From Candidatus Hydrogenedens sp. (GTDB taxonomy: Bacteria; Hydrogenedentota; Hydrogenedentia; Hydrogenedentales; Hydrogenedentaceae), in the NCBI GenBank assembly GCA_049968235.1, contig JBMFRC010000021.1:1-56029 (forward strand): a DNA stretch of 56,029 nt. The letters are read 5' to 3'. A program made the position numbers and the translations under genes. Below, one piece after another: positions 11,201 through 20,446 of this stretch; position 1 is the first letter of the stretch; every line of letters begins with the position of its first letter. Below the pieces are notes generated by a model. It was given only the letters and a program-made list of their open reading frames with translations. It was not told the origin of the DNA and searched no databases.

Positions 11201-11661
11201 GTATTTAAAAAATCATCCGTTCCATTCCCGGGAGGAAGACGAACCGGAAAATTTACTCCGTTCACATACACCGTTAAATTGGGCGGATAATTTCTATTAA
11301 ACTCCAATAAAAACAAATTTAACTGACTGTTCTCCCGGGTCTCTACAGATTTTAAGTAAAATAGAACTGTAAAAATATGGGGTATCGTTTGAGCCCATTC
11401 ATCTTTAGGTCCGGGGTGAATATAACACCAATCTTCCGCAGGATTGGAATGTCCGACCATGAAATAGGAATCTTCTCTATATTTACTATAATTTGTAGGT
11501 GCCAGAGCCAACTCCAAACACCTGTTATCCGGCGAACCTATCTCCCAGAGCAATTTCGGTGGAGATGTGGTGACAGGACCACTATCTTGTCCCATTGCAA
11601 CGATAGAAAAATGCAAGAAAAAAACAACAAAAAGAATTTGTAAAAAAAGTCGTTTTTTCAT
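8299..11661 (-). CDS. secreted glycoside hydrolase, GH38 (alpha-mannosidase-like) family candidate
   Basis: 1120-aa ORF with signal peptide MKKRLFLQILFVVFFLHFSIVAMG. An internal YLVPHSHNDIGYTHIQTD matches the GH38 N-terminal HSHxDxGW/Y signature. It has a long N-terminal beta-rich extension and is large like class II mannosidases. Confidence 0.5.
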   Translation of the reverse strand: MKKRLFLQILFVVFFLHFSIVAMGQDSGPVTTSPPKLLWEIGSPDNRCLELALAPTNYSKYREDSYFMVGHSNPAEDWCYIHPGPKDEWAQTIPHIFTVLFYLKSVETRENSQLNLFLLEFNRNYPPNLTVYVNGVNFPVRLPPGNGTDDFLNTFDGSVPSARRIEIPFPSSLLRLGENVIQFTVSGGSWFIYDAVQLFTPNKFELAEPQKTVLRIGKPIPIPLVKSVEDKEMREIKVPVRCYGQSFEGKMSITNNDPIDISLQPGWNTLYYKIKEVDKDTFSSIEIKKEDKTVATRDFVIPPAKPTILYLVPHSHNDIGYTHIQTDVLKIQQENIAKALDLIEKTKDYPPEAQFHWSAEVLWAVKSFWQLADKATKERFKKAVHEGYFELPALFSNQLTGLCNGEELTHLLDEAHYLSKELGTTIDSALITDVPGYTWGLIPVLAQAGVKYFSIGPNLSWRIGNILEVWGDKPFYWISPCGKHKVLTWIGFAGYSWFFGGTNAMPEQIRNYLAELGERNFPYDITIVRYSIASDNGPPDDKLPDFVKQWNEQHKTPKLAITTARKALKTFEEKYGQELPAYAGEITPYWEDGSASSARETALNRNTVRNLMKVETVWALFFPDKYPADKFQSAWENAILYDEHTWGAHNSISEPDSPFVKEQWAIKKSFADNAEKIQKDLLNLFINNFQPDYQKVSQIVVINPTPINLTQVITIPASWGRKGNRVLKEGVPIPSQTLQSNDLVFIANEIPAWGHAVFTITEEDPAPPENPVLVSDNMIQNGHIELLIDPKTGTIKSLKMQPDGNEFIKDDNHYKTNQYLYTEGRNPENTKQAENIQIEVKEKGPVMGSIVVHSPSVPGAKEIHCEYILYAGSKFVEIINSIDKEDIRTPEAVHYAFTFNINNPKYCYQTPFASIRLPEEQLPGSCKNYLTVQDWVDIQNDEKGITLFTPDTPMIEIGKITVDPITVGWKKGLILEPIIFSYVMNNYWETNYKASQDGWHTFRYYIKPYKKNDFSNPDTFAKHIISDLLVIPTNKTPKLPTPPIQITPNWVIYHVKYNPDEKAYIVRLFNPTSESVTVQVKNSSTTKPVKISSTLSLQVQSEPFTSCSLSPRELLTLKIK

Positions 11662-11959
11662 AGGGATACTCCACTAAATAGTAATACAAAATTACTGAAT
11701 AAATTTTATCAAAGGGCTACATAGAAAATATTATAGAAGAAGCAGACCGAAAAGATAAATCGAACTACAAAAGAATACGGGAAATAAATACAGACACATA
11801 AATGATATTACTGAAAAGATTAAATCTTGTATATGGCAGTAAAATAGAGCCAGTGAATAGAAGAAAATAGAGAGCAAGGACGAGTTACTGAAAGAGGTCA
11901 TGTATAAGAAAAATGGGGCGGAGTTTATCAGATTGTAATGAAGATTCTACTTGTAGATA

Positions 11960-14476
11960 CTAAATATTTTTCTTTTGTTGGTCTAAGACTTTCCGTATTC
12001 GACGGACAAGGTCTCGGGCTACAATGGGTTTCATAACAATTTCATCTATCCCCAATCGAGATAATTCTTCGGGTGAATATTCCCCGCTAAACCCGGTAAA
12101 AAGGATTACGGGGATGTCGGGACGGAGTTCTTTTACCCATCGTGCCAGAACTTCACCGGACATTTTGGGCATTGACTGGTCTGTTACGAGAAGATCAAAA
12201 CGGTCTGGATTCTGTGTAAAGACCGCTAAAGCGGACAGAGCATTCTGGCATACTTCAACATTATAGCCCCATTGGGTTAATACGCGTTTTCCCAATTTAC
12301 ATACAGATTCCTCATCATCTACAAACAGGATTCGCTCCTGTCCTTCTAAGGGTTCTTCATCTTGTTTCTTCTCAAGAATGATCGGATTATCAATTCGTGG
12401 GAAATAAGTGTAGAAAGTTGAACCCATTCCCGGTTTACTCTCCACAATGATAGTTCCACCATGTGCGGTTACAATGCCATGTACAACCGCCAATCCCATT
12501 CCCGTTCCTTCGCCCGGCTTTTTCGTGGTAAAGAACGGGTCAAAGATACGCTCTAAAATGGAAGGTTCCATTCCGTGTCCATTATCACGAACCGTTAATT
12601 TTACATAGGTTCCGGGTTTCAATTTGGGATGAATTTGAGAAGCATCGCTATCCAGGGTAACATCACGCACTTCTACTTCTAATTTTCCCCCTTTAGGCAT
12701 TGCTTGTATAGCATTGGTGCAGTAATTCATTACGACCTGATGTATTTGTGAGGGATTACCCATAATGGCACCGGAATGGACATCTATATTATCAATAATA
12801 TCAATGGTAGGTGAAGTAGTTGCTTTTAGAAGTTTTAAGGCTTCCCGTACAATTACATGCAAATATAAGGGGCTACTTTCCTCGCCTGTTTGCCGGCTAA
12901 ATGTAAGAATCTGTTTTACGAGGTCTTTAGCACGATGTGCTGCCTGTAAAACCTCTTTCAGGTCTTCATATAACGGCGTTTTTTTAGGAACTTCACTGAT
13001 TGCCATATCTGTAAGACCGATAATAACTGCCAATAAATTATTAAAATCGTGGGCTATCCCCCCTGCTAACACACCTAAACTTTCCAATCGCTGAGAATGC
13101 TGAACCTGTTGTTCTGCTCTTCTTCGTTCTTCTTCTTCCTGCTTTTGAATGGTAATGTCTTTTATAGAGCCTAATATTCTATAGGCTTCGCCGGTAGCAT
13201 CAGGTAAAACGACCCCCTGGTCTTCTACATACCGATATTCACCACTTTTATGTCGTAGTCGGTATTCTACTCGAAATTTTCCAATCTCCTGCTTGGCTAC
13301 TTCAATGTGTGCTTTAACTCGAGGCAAATCTTCTACATGGATATGGTCTGTCCATCGTTGTAAATTTATGGTATCTAACTCTCGCGGGAGATAGCCTGTT
13401 ACCTGAGTTACCGCTCCTCCCCATTTAACCTTACCGGTATGAAGGTTGCAATCATAAATCATCATACCGGTTTGAGCAGCTAAAATACGGTAACGGGAGA
13501 TACTTTCGGAGAGACGCTCTGATGTAATACTCTGCGTATCTTCCAGAGGTTCTCCTATGGCGATAATGCAGGGCTGATTATCGGTATTAAAACTCCGTGC
13601 TTGAACTTCTATCGGAATTTGTCTACCATCTTTGGCTAAAATTACAGTTTCAAAGGATACCTGTTGATGTTGGAGGATAGTCTCAATTCTACCCTGTATT
13701 CCTTCAATTCGATTTTTAGGAATAATATCTTTCAGACGTAATTGTAAAAACTCTTCTCGTGTAAAGCCGGTCATACGGAAAACAAAAGTATTGGCATCAA
13801 GGAAACGGCTTTCCTGTATATTATCATTCAGTTCAAAGATTATCACCGGATTACTGCAATTATCCAATAAAAAGCGGTTTAATGAGTCGTATACAAACAA
13901 GGCACGCGACCGTTCCTCTGCAAGTTCCATCAATCTGCGATTTGTTTCCCAGAGCCCTACTTCTGCCTGTTTCATTCGAAGTAAAATGCGAATACGGGTT
14001 ATTAATTCCGTTATATCGCATGGATACATTAAAAAATCATCTATTCCTGCTGCCATCAATTCCCATCGGCGGGAAGTAGGTATCTCATAGCTCGCTATAA
14101 GTAATACAGGAATTTTTGCAGTGTTTAATGAGGTCTTCCAATACCTGCATAATGTAAGACAGGCATCATCTCCCAGAGAACAATCAATAATCAAGCAATC
14201 CGGTACAAACACCTTAATATAATCCATTACCTCTTTTACGGAATTTACACGGTCAATATGACATTCCGGAAGATACTCTAAAATTGCCGGGAAAAGGGAT
14301 TGGTGCGGTCCCTGTTGAGATTGAACGGATAGAACACGATATAATTTAGATGGAAATATAATGTTTTTAGGAGGGACATCTTCAGAAGTTTCGTTTCTGT
14401 TTATCTCAGAATTTTCCGATTCTTCCAATGTTAATAATACTTCTTTTTCTGTTGGCACTTTCTTTTTCATAGGCAT
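11960..14476 (-). CDS. hybrid sensor histidine kinase / response regulator with PAS domains
   Basis: 838-aa ORF. It has an N-terminal receiver-like domain, PAS-like repeats, a HisKA block (GGIAHDFNNLLAVIIG), an HATPase_c block (GHGMEP...GTGMGLAVV) and a C-terminal receiver (ILFVDDEE...LLVTDQSMPKMSG). The stop is TAG. Confidence 0.8.
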   Translation of the reverse strand: MPMKKKVPTEKEVLLTLEESENSEINRNETSEDVPPKNIIFPSKLYRVLSVQSQQGPHQSLFPAILEYLPECHIDRVNSVKEVMDYIKVFVPDCLIIDCSLGDDACLTLCRYWKTSLNTAKIPVLLIASYEIPTSRRWELMAAGIDDFLMYPCDITELITRIRILLRMKQAEVGLWETNRRLMELAEERSRALFVYDSLNRFLLDNCSNPVIIFELNDNIQESRFLDANTFVFRMTGFTREEFLQLRLKDIIPKNRIEGIQGRIETILQHQQVSFETVILAKDGRQIPIEVQARSFNTDNQPCIIAIGEPLEDTQSITSERLSESISRYRILAAQTGMMIYDCNLHTGKVKWGGAVTQVTGYLPRELDTINLQRWTDHIHVEDLPRVKAHIEVAKQEIGKFRVEYRLRHKSGEYRYVEDQGVVLPDATGEAYRILGSIKDITIQKQEEEERRRAEQQVQHSQRLESLGVLAGGIAHDFNNLLAVIIGLTDMAISEVPKKTPLYEDLKEVLQAAHRAKDLVKQILTFSRQTGEESSPLYLHVIVREALKLLKATTSPTIDIIDNIDVHSGAIMGNPSQIHQVVMNYCTNAIQAMPKGGKLEVEVRDVTLDSDASQIHPKLKPGTYVKLTVRDNGHGMEPSILERIFDPFFTTKKPGEGTGMGLAVVHGIVTAHGGTIIVESKPGMGSTFYTYFPRIDNPIILEKKQDEEPLEGQERILFVDDEESVCKLGKRVLTQWGYNVEVCQNALSALAVFTQNPDRFDLLVTDQSMPKMSGEVLARWVKELRPDIPVILFTGFSGEYSPEELSRLGIDEIVMKPIVARDLVRRIRKVLDQQKKNI

Positions 14477-14535
14477 TCATGATTAAAATATAAATAATAA
14501 TAGTCTATATTAATATACCGTATAAAGGAAATACT

Positions 14536-17445
14536 GTGAGAAAAAAATTAATTCGAATAATAAAATATACCATCATCAGCATTGCAATCTTCATATTCAT
14601 CATCATTATATCTCTTTTCGTTATTTGGTCACTATTTCTAATAAAAGATTCTGTATCTTTCAACCCTACAAAAAATATTTCCATTACTCTATCCGGTTTT
14701 TCTGTTTTTCCGAAGATTTCTCTAAAAAATGTGGCTATTCAGGTGAACGATTATAACACAGATGTGGAGTTTCAGAATATCCAGTTACAATCCTTTATAA
14801 AAAACCGACATATTTATATCGAAGCATGTAATATCTATATTGACACAACATTTCAACCCTCCCATACAACGAAAGAAGAAAGAAAATCTAATCAAAAAAA
14901 GGATGTCTTCAATTTCCAATCTTTTTTTACCTATTTACCTCAAAAATTATTTGTCAAAAACATTTCTGTATTTATTAAAAATACCGAAAGAACATTTTTT
15001 ATATCAGGTATCCCGCTTACAATAGATAATGCACAAAACCTTATTTCCTTTTCTTCTACAGATGCTGTTATGGGAATTGTCTATAATGGACAGAAAAAAT
15101 CTATCACAGGGACAGTTGATATATATTACAAATTCCTGCAGGATTCTCAGGAAATTGGAAGCAATATCCAGTTTTCACCTTACATGCTTGCTCGTGCAAA
15201 AGTAACTTTTGATAACACAACACAAAAAATTAACATGGAGGATATATATTTATCTCTTGATGAAAATGTATCTCAATCTTTGTCTCCATTGCTTCGTTCC
15301 GTGTTTTCTTTCCCGGTAGACTGGCAAAAAATTCAAATAAATAATCTTCATGGCAGTTTTTATTATCAAAACGCTCGATGGATACCCAAAAATATCAATG
15401 GTTATCTCTCCTGCTCTTCTCTAAAAATAGGAGATAAAGAAAAACCATGGCTCCACTATACCTCAGAGATTCATATACATTCCCAATATATAGAAAACGA
15501 AAAAATAACAGAAGTGGTGATGAATACGGATAAAGACCCTTTATGGGAAATGAACTGGAAATATAATCATGGGAACCAAAATACCTTTCTGGATTTTTCC
15601 TGCAGAACTATACAAGGAAAAACCATTCAGAATATATCGCCTTTTTTATACCATACTTTCTTATTAAAACAAATAGAGCCCTTTTCCGCAGAATGTTCTT
15701 TGTCTCTACAAGGGCTTTTCCCTGCTCTGGGAGGGAATATTCGAGGGAAATTGTCCCTTTTTGATGTTAATAATATACAACTCAATAGCAGTCTAAAAAT
15801 TTCACCATCCAATAATGGCTCTAACTCAATGAAATGGTCTGGAGATGTAAACATTTTATCCAACCCCATTCATTTTTCTGCGGAATTTACACCTCCTACC
15901 TCTTTTATATCCCATATTCATACAGAAAATCTGCCAACAAAATTTATACAATCGTTGACACCTTCTTTAGTAAAAAATGTATTCGACAAATCGCTTGCAG
16001 ATATGGATATTACAATTAAGGGGACCGATTGGAAAAATATGGATTTGCAATTCAAAGGGGAATTAACATCGGGAAACGAGGACGAGGAATATCTACCTAT
16101 TGTGCCGTCACAATTTCATTTTCAGGGAACAATTCAAAATTTAGATACTCTTGTTGGTGCTTTTCATCTATCTTCAGAGAATTCTGCCGATTTCGAGTTA
16201 AATCCTTGCACATTACATCTTTTCCCTTTATCACTGGAAGGCGATGTAAAAACAAAAGTTTATCTTTCAACGATTGCTTTAGAATTCATTCCTTTTTATA
16301 TTCCGGGCAAAGCAAGTTTTGGGGGGAAACTCTATTGGAATGGCGATTGGGGAATTAAGATTCAGGGGTCAGGTTCAGGAGAAGGCTTAGGAATAAACGG
16401 ATATACGCTTCCGGAAGGAATTCCTTTATGTTTCAATACCAATCTAACCGGGGATTTTTTAGATTATACCTGTGCGTTTGAAAATTTAAAATTGGGATTT
16501 GCAAATTGTGAATTGGGAAATATTCAAAAATGCAAGATACTTCTGCCCAAGGATAACCAGAATTTTACCCTAAACATTCAAAATCTGGACATTAAAGGGA
16601 AATTTGAGGATTTACATGATTGGGGAATTTCACAAGATAGTCAGGGAACATTCTATCTCTCAGTAAAGAATTTTGAATATAAGGATAACACGATTAATAG
16701 TGGGGAGATAGAATGGGATGTAAATATTACAAATTTAAGCATACCTACATGGCAAATACAAATAAATCATTTGATAACGCAATCCCAGACTCAAAATTTA
16801 ACGAATACAGATTTGACAACGAACATTAAAATAGACGAATTTACTTTGCAGAAAATAAAAGTGGCTCAAATAGAAAATAGATTGAAATTTCAATTACTAC
16901 CGCTTAAAGTAGAGATAACAAACATGAATGGGAATTTATGGAATGGCACATTTAATACACGGGGAACTCTTCAAAAAATAGAAGATTCATTAGTGGGAAA
17001 TATTATCGGTGAATATAGAGGTATTGATTTATCTCAATTCACAACAGAACTTCGCCCACCCTGGGTAAATCTATCCGGACGAGGCAATGGAAATTTTGAT
17101 GCCAATATTAACTTCACCACAGGGCAACTTGTCGAGGGAAATTTTAGTCTCGCATGTCCAGAAGGATTAACTATTAACCGAGATGTCCTGCTCCAGTTAA
17201 TCCTATATTTACAAAATGTCAGTATCGTTCAGAAGCAACTTGAAAAATTATTGGGAGAAGAAGACCCAAAACCATTTACAAACGGAGAATTAACTATAGG
17301 ATTTAAAGATAGTCAGGCAACGGTTTCCTTACTCCTAACAACGCCAAACATTAATTTAGCACCTATCTTTTATATCAATGCAGATTGGAAAACACTTTGG
17401 TCCCTTTTAACAACCCAATCTGGTGTCCAGATAGAAATCAAATAA
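14536..17445 (+). CDS. large membrane-anchored hypothetical protein (AsmA-like architecture guess)
   Basis: 969-aa ORF with a GTG start. It has an N-terminal transmembrane anchor (IISIAIFIFIIIISLFVIWSLFLI), then an Asn/Ile/Thr-rich beta-prone sequence with no catalytic motif I recognise. It is divergently transcribed from the hybrid HK. Confidence 0.5.
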   Translation: MRKKLIRIIKYTIISIAIFIFIIIISLFVIWSLFLIKDSVSFNPTKNISITLSGFSVFPKISLKNVAIQVNDYNTDVEFQNIQLQSFIKNRHIYIEACNIYIDTTFQPSHTTKEERKSNQKKDVFNFQSFFTYLPQKLFVKNISVFIKNTERTFFISGIPLTIDNAQNLISFSSTDAVMGIVYNGQKKSITGTVDIYYKFLQDSQEIGSNIQFSPYMLARAKVTFDNTTQKINMEDIYLSLDENVSQSLSPLLRSVFSFPVDWQKIQINNLHGSFYYQNARWIPKNINGYLSCSSLKIGDKEKPWLHYTSEIHIHSQYIENEKITEVVMNTDKDPLWEMNWKYNHGNQNTFLDFSCRTIQGKTIQNISPFLYHTFLLKQIEPFSAECSLSLQGLFPALGGNIRGKLSLFDVNNIQLNSSLKISPSNNGSNSMKWSGDVNILSNPIHFSAEFTPPTSFISHIHTENLPTKFIQSLTPSLVKNVFDKSLADMDITIKGTDWKNMDLQFKGELTSGNEDEEYLPIVPSQFHFQGTIQNLDTLVGAFHLSSENSADFELNPCTLHLFPLSLEGDVKTKVYLSTIALEFIPFYIPGKASFGGKLYWNGDWGIKIQGSGSGEGLGINGYTLPEGIPLCFNTNLTGDFLDYTCAFENLKLGFANCELGNIQKCKILLPKDNQNFTLNIQNLDIKGKFEDLHDWGISQDSQGTFYLSVKNFEYKDNTINSGEIEWDVNITNLSIPTWQIQINHLITQSQTQNLTNTDLTTNIKIDEFTLQKIKVAQIENRLKFQLLPLKVEITNMNGNLWNGTFNTRGTLQKIEDSLVGNIIGEYRGIDLSQFTTELRPPWVNLSGRGNGNFDANINFTTGQLVEGNFSLACPEGLTINRDVLLQLILYLQNVSIVQKQLEKLLGEEDPKPFTNGELTIGFKDSQATVSLLLTTPNINLAPIFYINADWKTLWSLLTTQSGVQIEIK

Positions 17446-17617
17446 CACCTATTTGAGTTAAATAAATGTACTTCCTGTATATTTTTAACACAATGTAAGA
17501 TATGTGATAACTATAAGGTATATCAATGATAAGAATAGGGCAGAACCGAATTAAAAAGCAAGAAAATAAAACATAATCACATAATTATGCATTACCTGAA
17601 TAGTAAAACTACTGAAG

Positions 17618-18384
17618 AATGAGACCTCTGAACAATTCGTGTAAGATGTTATGGTATAAGTTATATATGTTTTTACGAGATAAAATCCCGATGAGAAATT
17701 AACATACAAAAGTCTGTATCTCTACTTTTATCCATTTTATTTGCTATTTTCTGTCAGGTTTTTTATTTTCTTATTACCTATGTATATCTTTCCTCTTGCA
17801 CCCTTAATTCCCCATACATCCGCTTCAAATTATATGCAATCGTTAACAGGAAATGATATACTCCTCTCTATATGCACCTCTGTATCCTCTGTGCTCCTCC
17901 GTGTCCTCCGTAGTGAAAAAGATATAATCAACCAGAGAGACACAGAGAAATTATAACTCACTGCTCAACAATACATACAATAGTAAGGACAAAAGCCTCC
18001 ATTATTCCCAGTTCGCTTTATATACTCCTTTCTCTATTATGCACCTCTGCTCAAATTTCCTTCCATTCCATCACTTCTTGCATCTGCCTCAAAAAATATC
18101 TACGACAGATCAGTTTCTGATAGAACATCTCGTAATCTACAAAATCTCTTTGTTCTATCTCTATCTATAAAACTTATTTCCTCCATCTCTTATATACCAT
18201 ACTGCGAGGACCTTTCTTCATTTTTAGTTTTTCCTTGCTTTGTTATTCAAACCAATACAATACCTCTACAATATGTATATGCTATATCCATACACTTCTT
18301 TTTCTCATCTCGTCTCATCTTTTCCTGCCTACTTCTCGTATAAAACATATCTCATTAACCATATGATTTATCCAGAGGTCTCAG
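17618..18384 (+). repeat. MITE-like non-coding element, copy A (~767 bp), with 16-bp terminal inverted repeats TGAGACCTCTGAACAA / TTATCCAGAGGTCTCA
   Basis: Left terminus aaTGAGACCTCTGAACAAttcgtg at 17618. Right terminus ttTATCCAGAGGTCTCAgat ends at 18384. The interior is roughly 80% identical, with indels, to the reverse complement of 37918-38618. For example, cactgctcaacaatacatacaatagtaaggac and ctcttgcatctgcctcaaaa are shared. No conserved ORF is present and the top strand is pyrimidine-rich. Confidence 0.75.
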
Positions 18385-18538
18385 ATATGGATTTTGCAAA
18401 TGAATGCGAAGGATTTTTTCATCTATTAATTCTTTTTTTTCTGTCTCTCTGGTCCCATAACACGGATACGATAGTTATACACATATTTGCCCCCATGGAG
18501 GACAGTATTAATTAAACCTTTGTTTCCTGTTTCCCCCC

Positions 18539-20395
18539 TTATAATCCAGGGCAGTAGCGGTCTTCGCCGTCTGGACAAGGATGGTAGCCACCTATGTTAA
18601 AGTACTGGATTAACCGCAATAATTCGGATAGGTTTATCATCCAATCCTGAGGATTATAGTCTGATGCATGCGGTATGCAACTCTTATCCCCTTCAAATCC
18701 AGGAATATAGCCATCCTCTGACTCCTCTCCCGGCAAGGCACAATGATACCCTTGCATATTGAAAAACTGTATCACGCGTAATAACTCGGGTAGATTTATC
18801 TGCCAATCTCCATTTTGGTCTGCACTATGTGATGGTGTTTCCCCCTCGCCTTCAGTCATTCCTTCGCCTTCTACTGCTCCTTCCACGATACCTTCGCCAT
18901 CAGCACTACCTTCGGATATCCCTTCCGTTGTACCTTCGACGGTGCCTTCAACTGTCCCTTCGCCATCAGGGGTTCCTTCGAGAGTCCCTTCTGCGATACC
19001 TTCGCCTTCCATTACTCCTTCACCCTCGATAATTCCTTCGCCTTCAAAACTACCTTCGGATATACCTTCTGTGGTGCCTTCAAATGTCCCTTCGCCATCA
19101 GGGGTTCCTTCGCCTTCGGGTAAGGCAAGACAATCTGTTGGAATTTCGTCCGTATTACGGTTATCAACTGGGTCTAAATAATTCGGAATACCATCATTAT
19201 CTGAATCCCATGGTAACGGGTCATATACATCCCGAATGAGGTCGCAATCGTCGTCTAAATCATCCGGGTCCATCCAACCATCTTCATCAAGGTCGTCATA
19301 AGGTCGCATATATGGTGTAATTCCGATATCTGTGGTAAATATAAACTGTCCATTAGAAAAGTTAATCTCAATAAAGTATGCTTTCCACCCTGTTTCAGGT
19401 GGTATTACTGTTGCAAGATATGTTTTTGAACCGGGTGATGTTTCGCTTAAATTAGAAGATGTCCATGTTGGTCCTGCTCCATCGTAATAGCGGAAATCAC
19501 GAGCATTTGGATTTAGAGCCTGCCATAACTTTACAGAAGTTGGATTTGTTGCCACCTGCACCTGAATACTCCCATCGGGTAAAAATTGCCAGGAATAGTT
19601 AGGTCTGCTTCCGCCACTTGTAACAGAGTTAAAATAGGTAATAAGAGCAATAATACTATTGTAATCACTGGTTAGATTTTCCAGACTATGCCCCGAATTG
19701 GGGACATATCTTAAACGCTTTTCGCCGGGCAGTTCATTGTAATAAAAACGGGAAGAATCGGGTAGGAAAAATTCATCTCCACTGGCATTGATTATAAATT
19801 TTGGCATTGTATAGTTATTCAGGTAAGAATAGGGGTCTACAATCTGTCTCAGGGCATATCCTCCGGGGGTACTCATTCGTTCAAATATATGCAATTCATT
19901 ATAAGGGGTTAATCTCTCTGAGAAGAAGCCATAACATTTGTATTGATGGTCCATCTGAACATTCATCTTAAGGACATCAATTACAATGGGGACAATGGCA
20001 ATGACTCGTGAATCAACCGCTCCCGTTAGCCAAGTAGTCCAACCTCGTTTGGATGCACCCCCAATGACAAAACCACTTATTGTTTTGCCATGATTATTTA
20101 ATACAATCTCTTCGATAGTGTCCATGGCACGGACAGCACTTTTTACCATCGGCAAAAGGACAGGCCAGTAAGGGTCTGGTGTCCCTGCATTATAAGTTTG
20201 CAAATATTTATCAAAACTGTAAGCAATAATTTGGTCCTCTGTCCGACTAAGAGTCTCGTCTTTGAAAAGAAGCGGTTGATTGGGAACCTGTTCAAGTAAT
20301 GCAACAGGAGCACCGGTTAATATTGCAACATACTGAGCATAATCCCGAAGGTTAGTGGCGGAGGAGCCGTTGTTTCCTCCGGATATTATCAACAA
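18539..20395 (-). CDS. PhoPQ-activated pathogenicity-related (PqaA-family, alpha/beta-hydrolase-like) secreted protein with TSP3-like Ca-binding repeats, an (EGx)n linker and two C-terminal dockerin-like repeats; main body downstream of an in-frame TGA
   Basis: VIGGASKRGWTTWLTGAVD is the PqaA-family signature. Then come DDLDEDGWMDPDDLDDDCDL...DSDNDGIPNYLDPVDN (thrombospondin-type-3-like). About 35 Glu-Gly-x triplets follow, encoded by a 9-nt periodic DNA repeat at 18840-19140. Two dockerin-like segments close the protein: DQNGDWQINLPELLRVIQFFN and DYNPQDWMINLSELLRLIQYFN. The same frame continues upstream through TGA at 20447-20449 into ORF 20447-20671. Confidence 0.6.
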   Translation of the reverse strand: MLIISGGNNGSSATNLRDYAQYVAILTGAPVALLEQVPNQPLLFKDETLSRTEDQIIAYSFDKYLQTYNAGTPDPYWPVLLPMVKSAVRAMDTIEEIVLNNHGKTISGFVIGGASKRGWTTWLTGAVDSRVIAIVPIVIDVLKMNVQMDHQYKCYGFFSERLTPYNELHIFERMSTPGGYALRQIVDPYSYLNNYTMPKFIINASGDEFFLPDSSRFYYNELPGEKRLRYVPNSGHSLENLTSDYNSIIALITYFNSVTSGGSRPNYSWQFLPDGSIQVQVATNPTSVKLWQALNPNARDFRYYDGAGPTWTSSNLSETSPGSKTYLATVIPPETGWKAYFIEINFSNGQFIFTTDIGITPYMRPYDDLDEDGWMDPDDLDDDCDLIRDVYDPLPWDSDNDGIPNYLDPVDNRNTDEIPTDCLALPEGEGTPDGEGTFEGTTEGISEGSFEGEGIIEGEGVMEGEGIAEGTLEGTPDGEGTVEGTVEGTTEGISEGSADGEGIVEGAVEGEGMTEGEGETPSHSADQNGDWQINLPELLRVIQFFNMQGYHCALPGEESEDGYIPGFEGDKSCIPHASDYNPQDWMINLSELLRLIQYFNIGGYHPCPDGEDRYCPGL

Positions 20396-20446
20396 ACCTT
20401 TTGTTTTTGTTATCGAAGTAGGGACAATGATTGTTAGCCAGTGTTT

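Noticed and set aside
17741-18515. Small ORFs inside the TIR elements (17741-17956, 18240-18515, 38145-38465) as element-encoded proteins
   Set aside because: They are not conserved between the two copies. They fall in different parts of the element and are disrupted by indels in the other copy. They also have low-complexity pyrimidine- or purine-rich codon composition.
18759-19181. Plus-strand ORFs 18759-19181 and 18829-19032 encoding Pro/Ser-rich (PSPS)n proteins
   Set aside because: They are the antisense image of the 9-nt periodic (Glu-Gly-x)n repeat in the minus-strand PqaA-like gene. They lie wholly inside that well-supported CDS.
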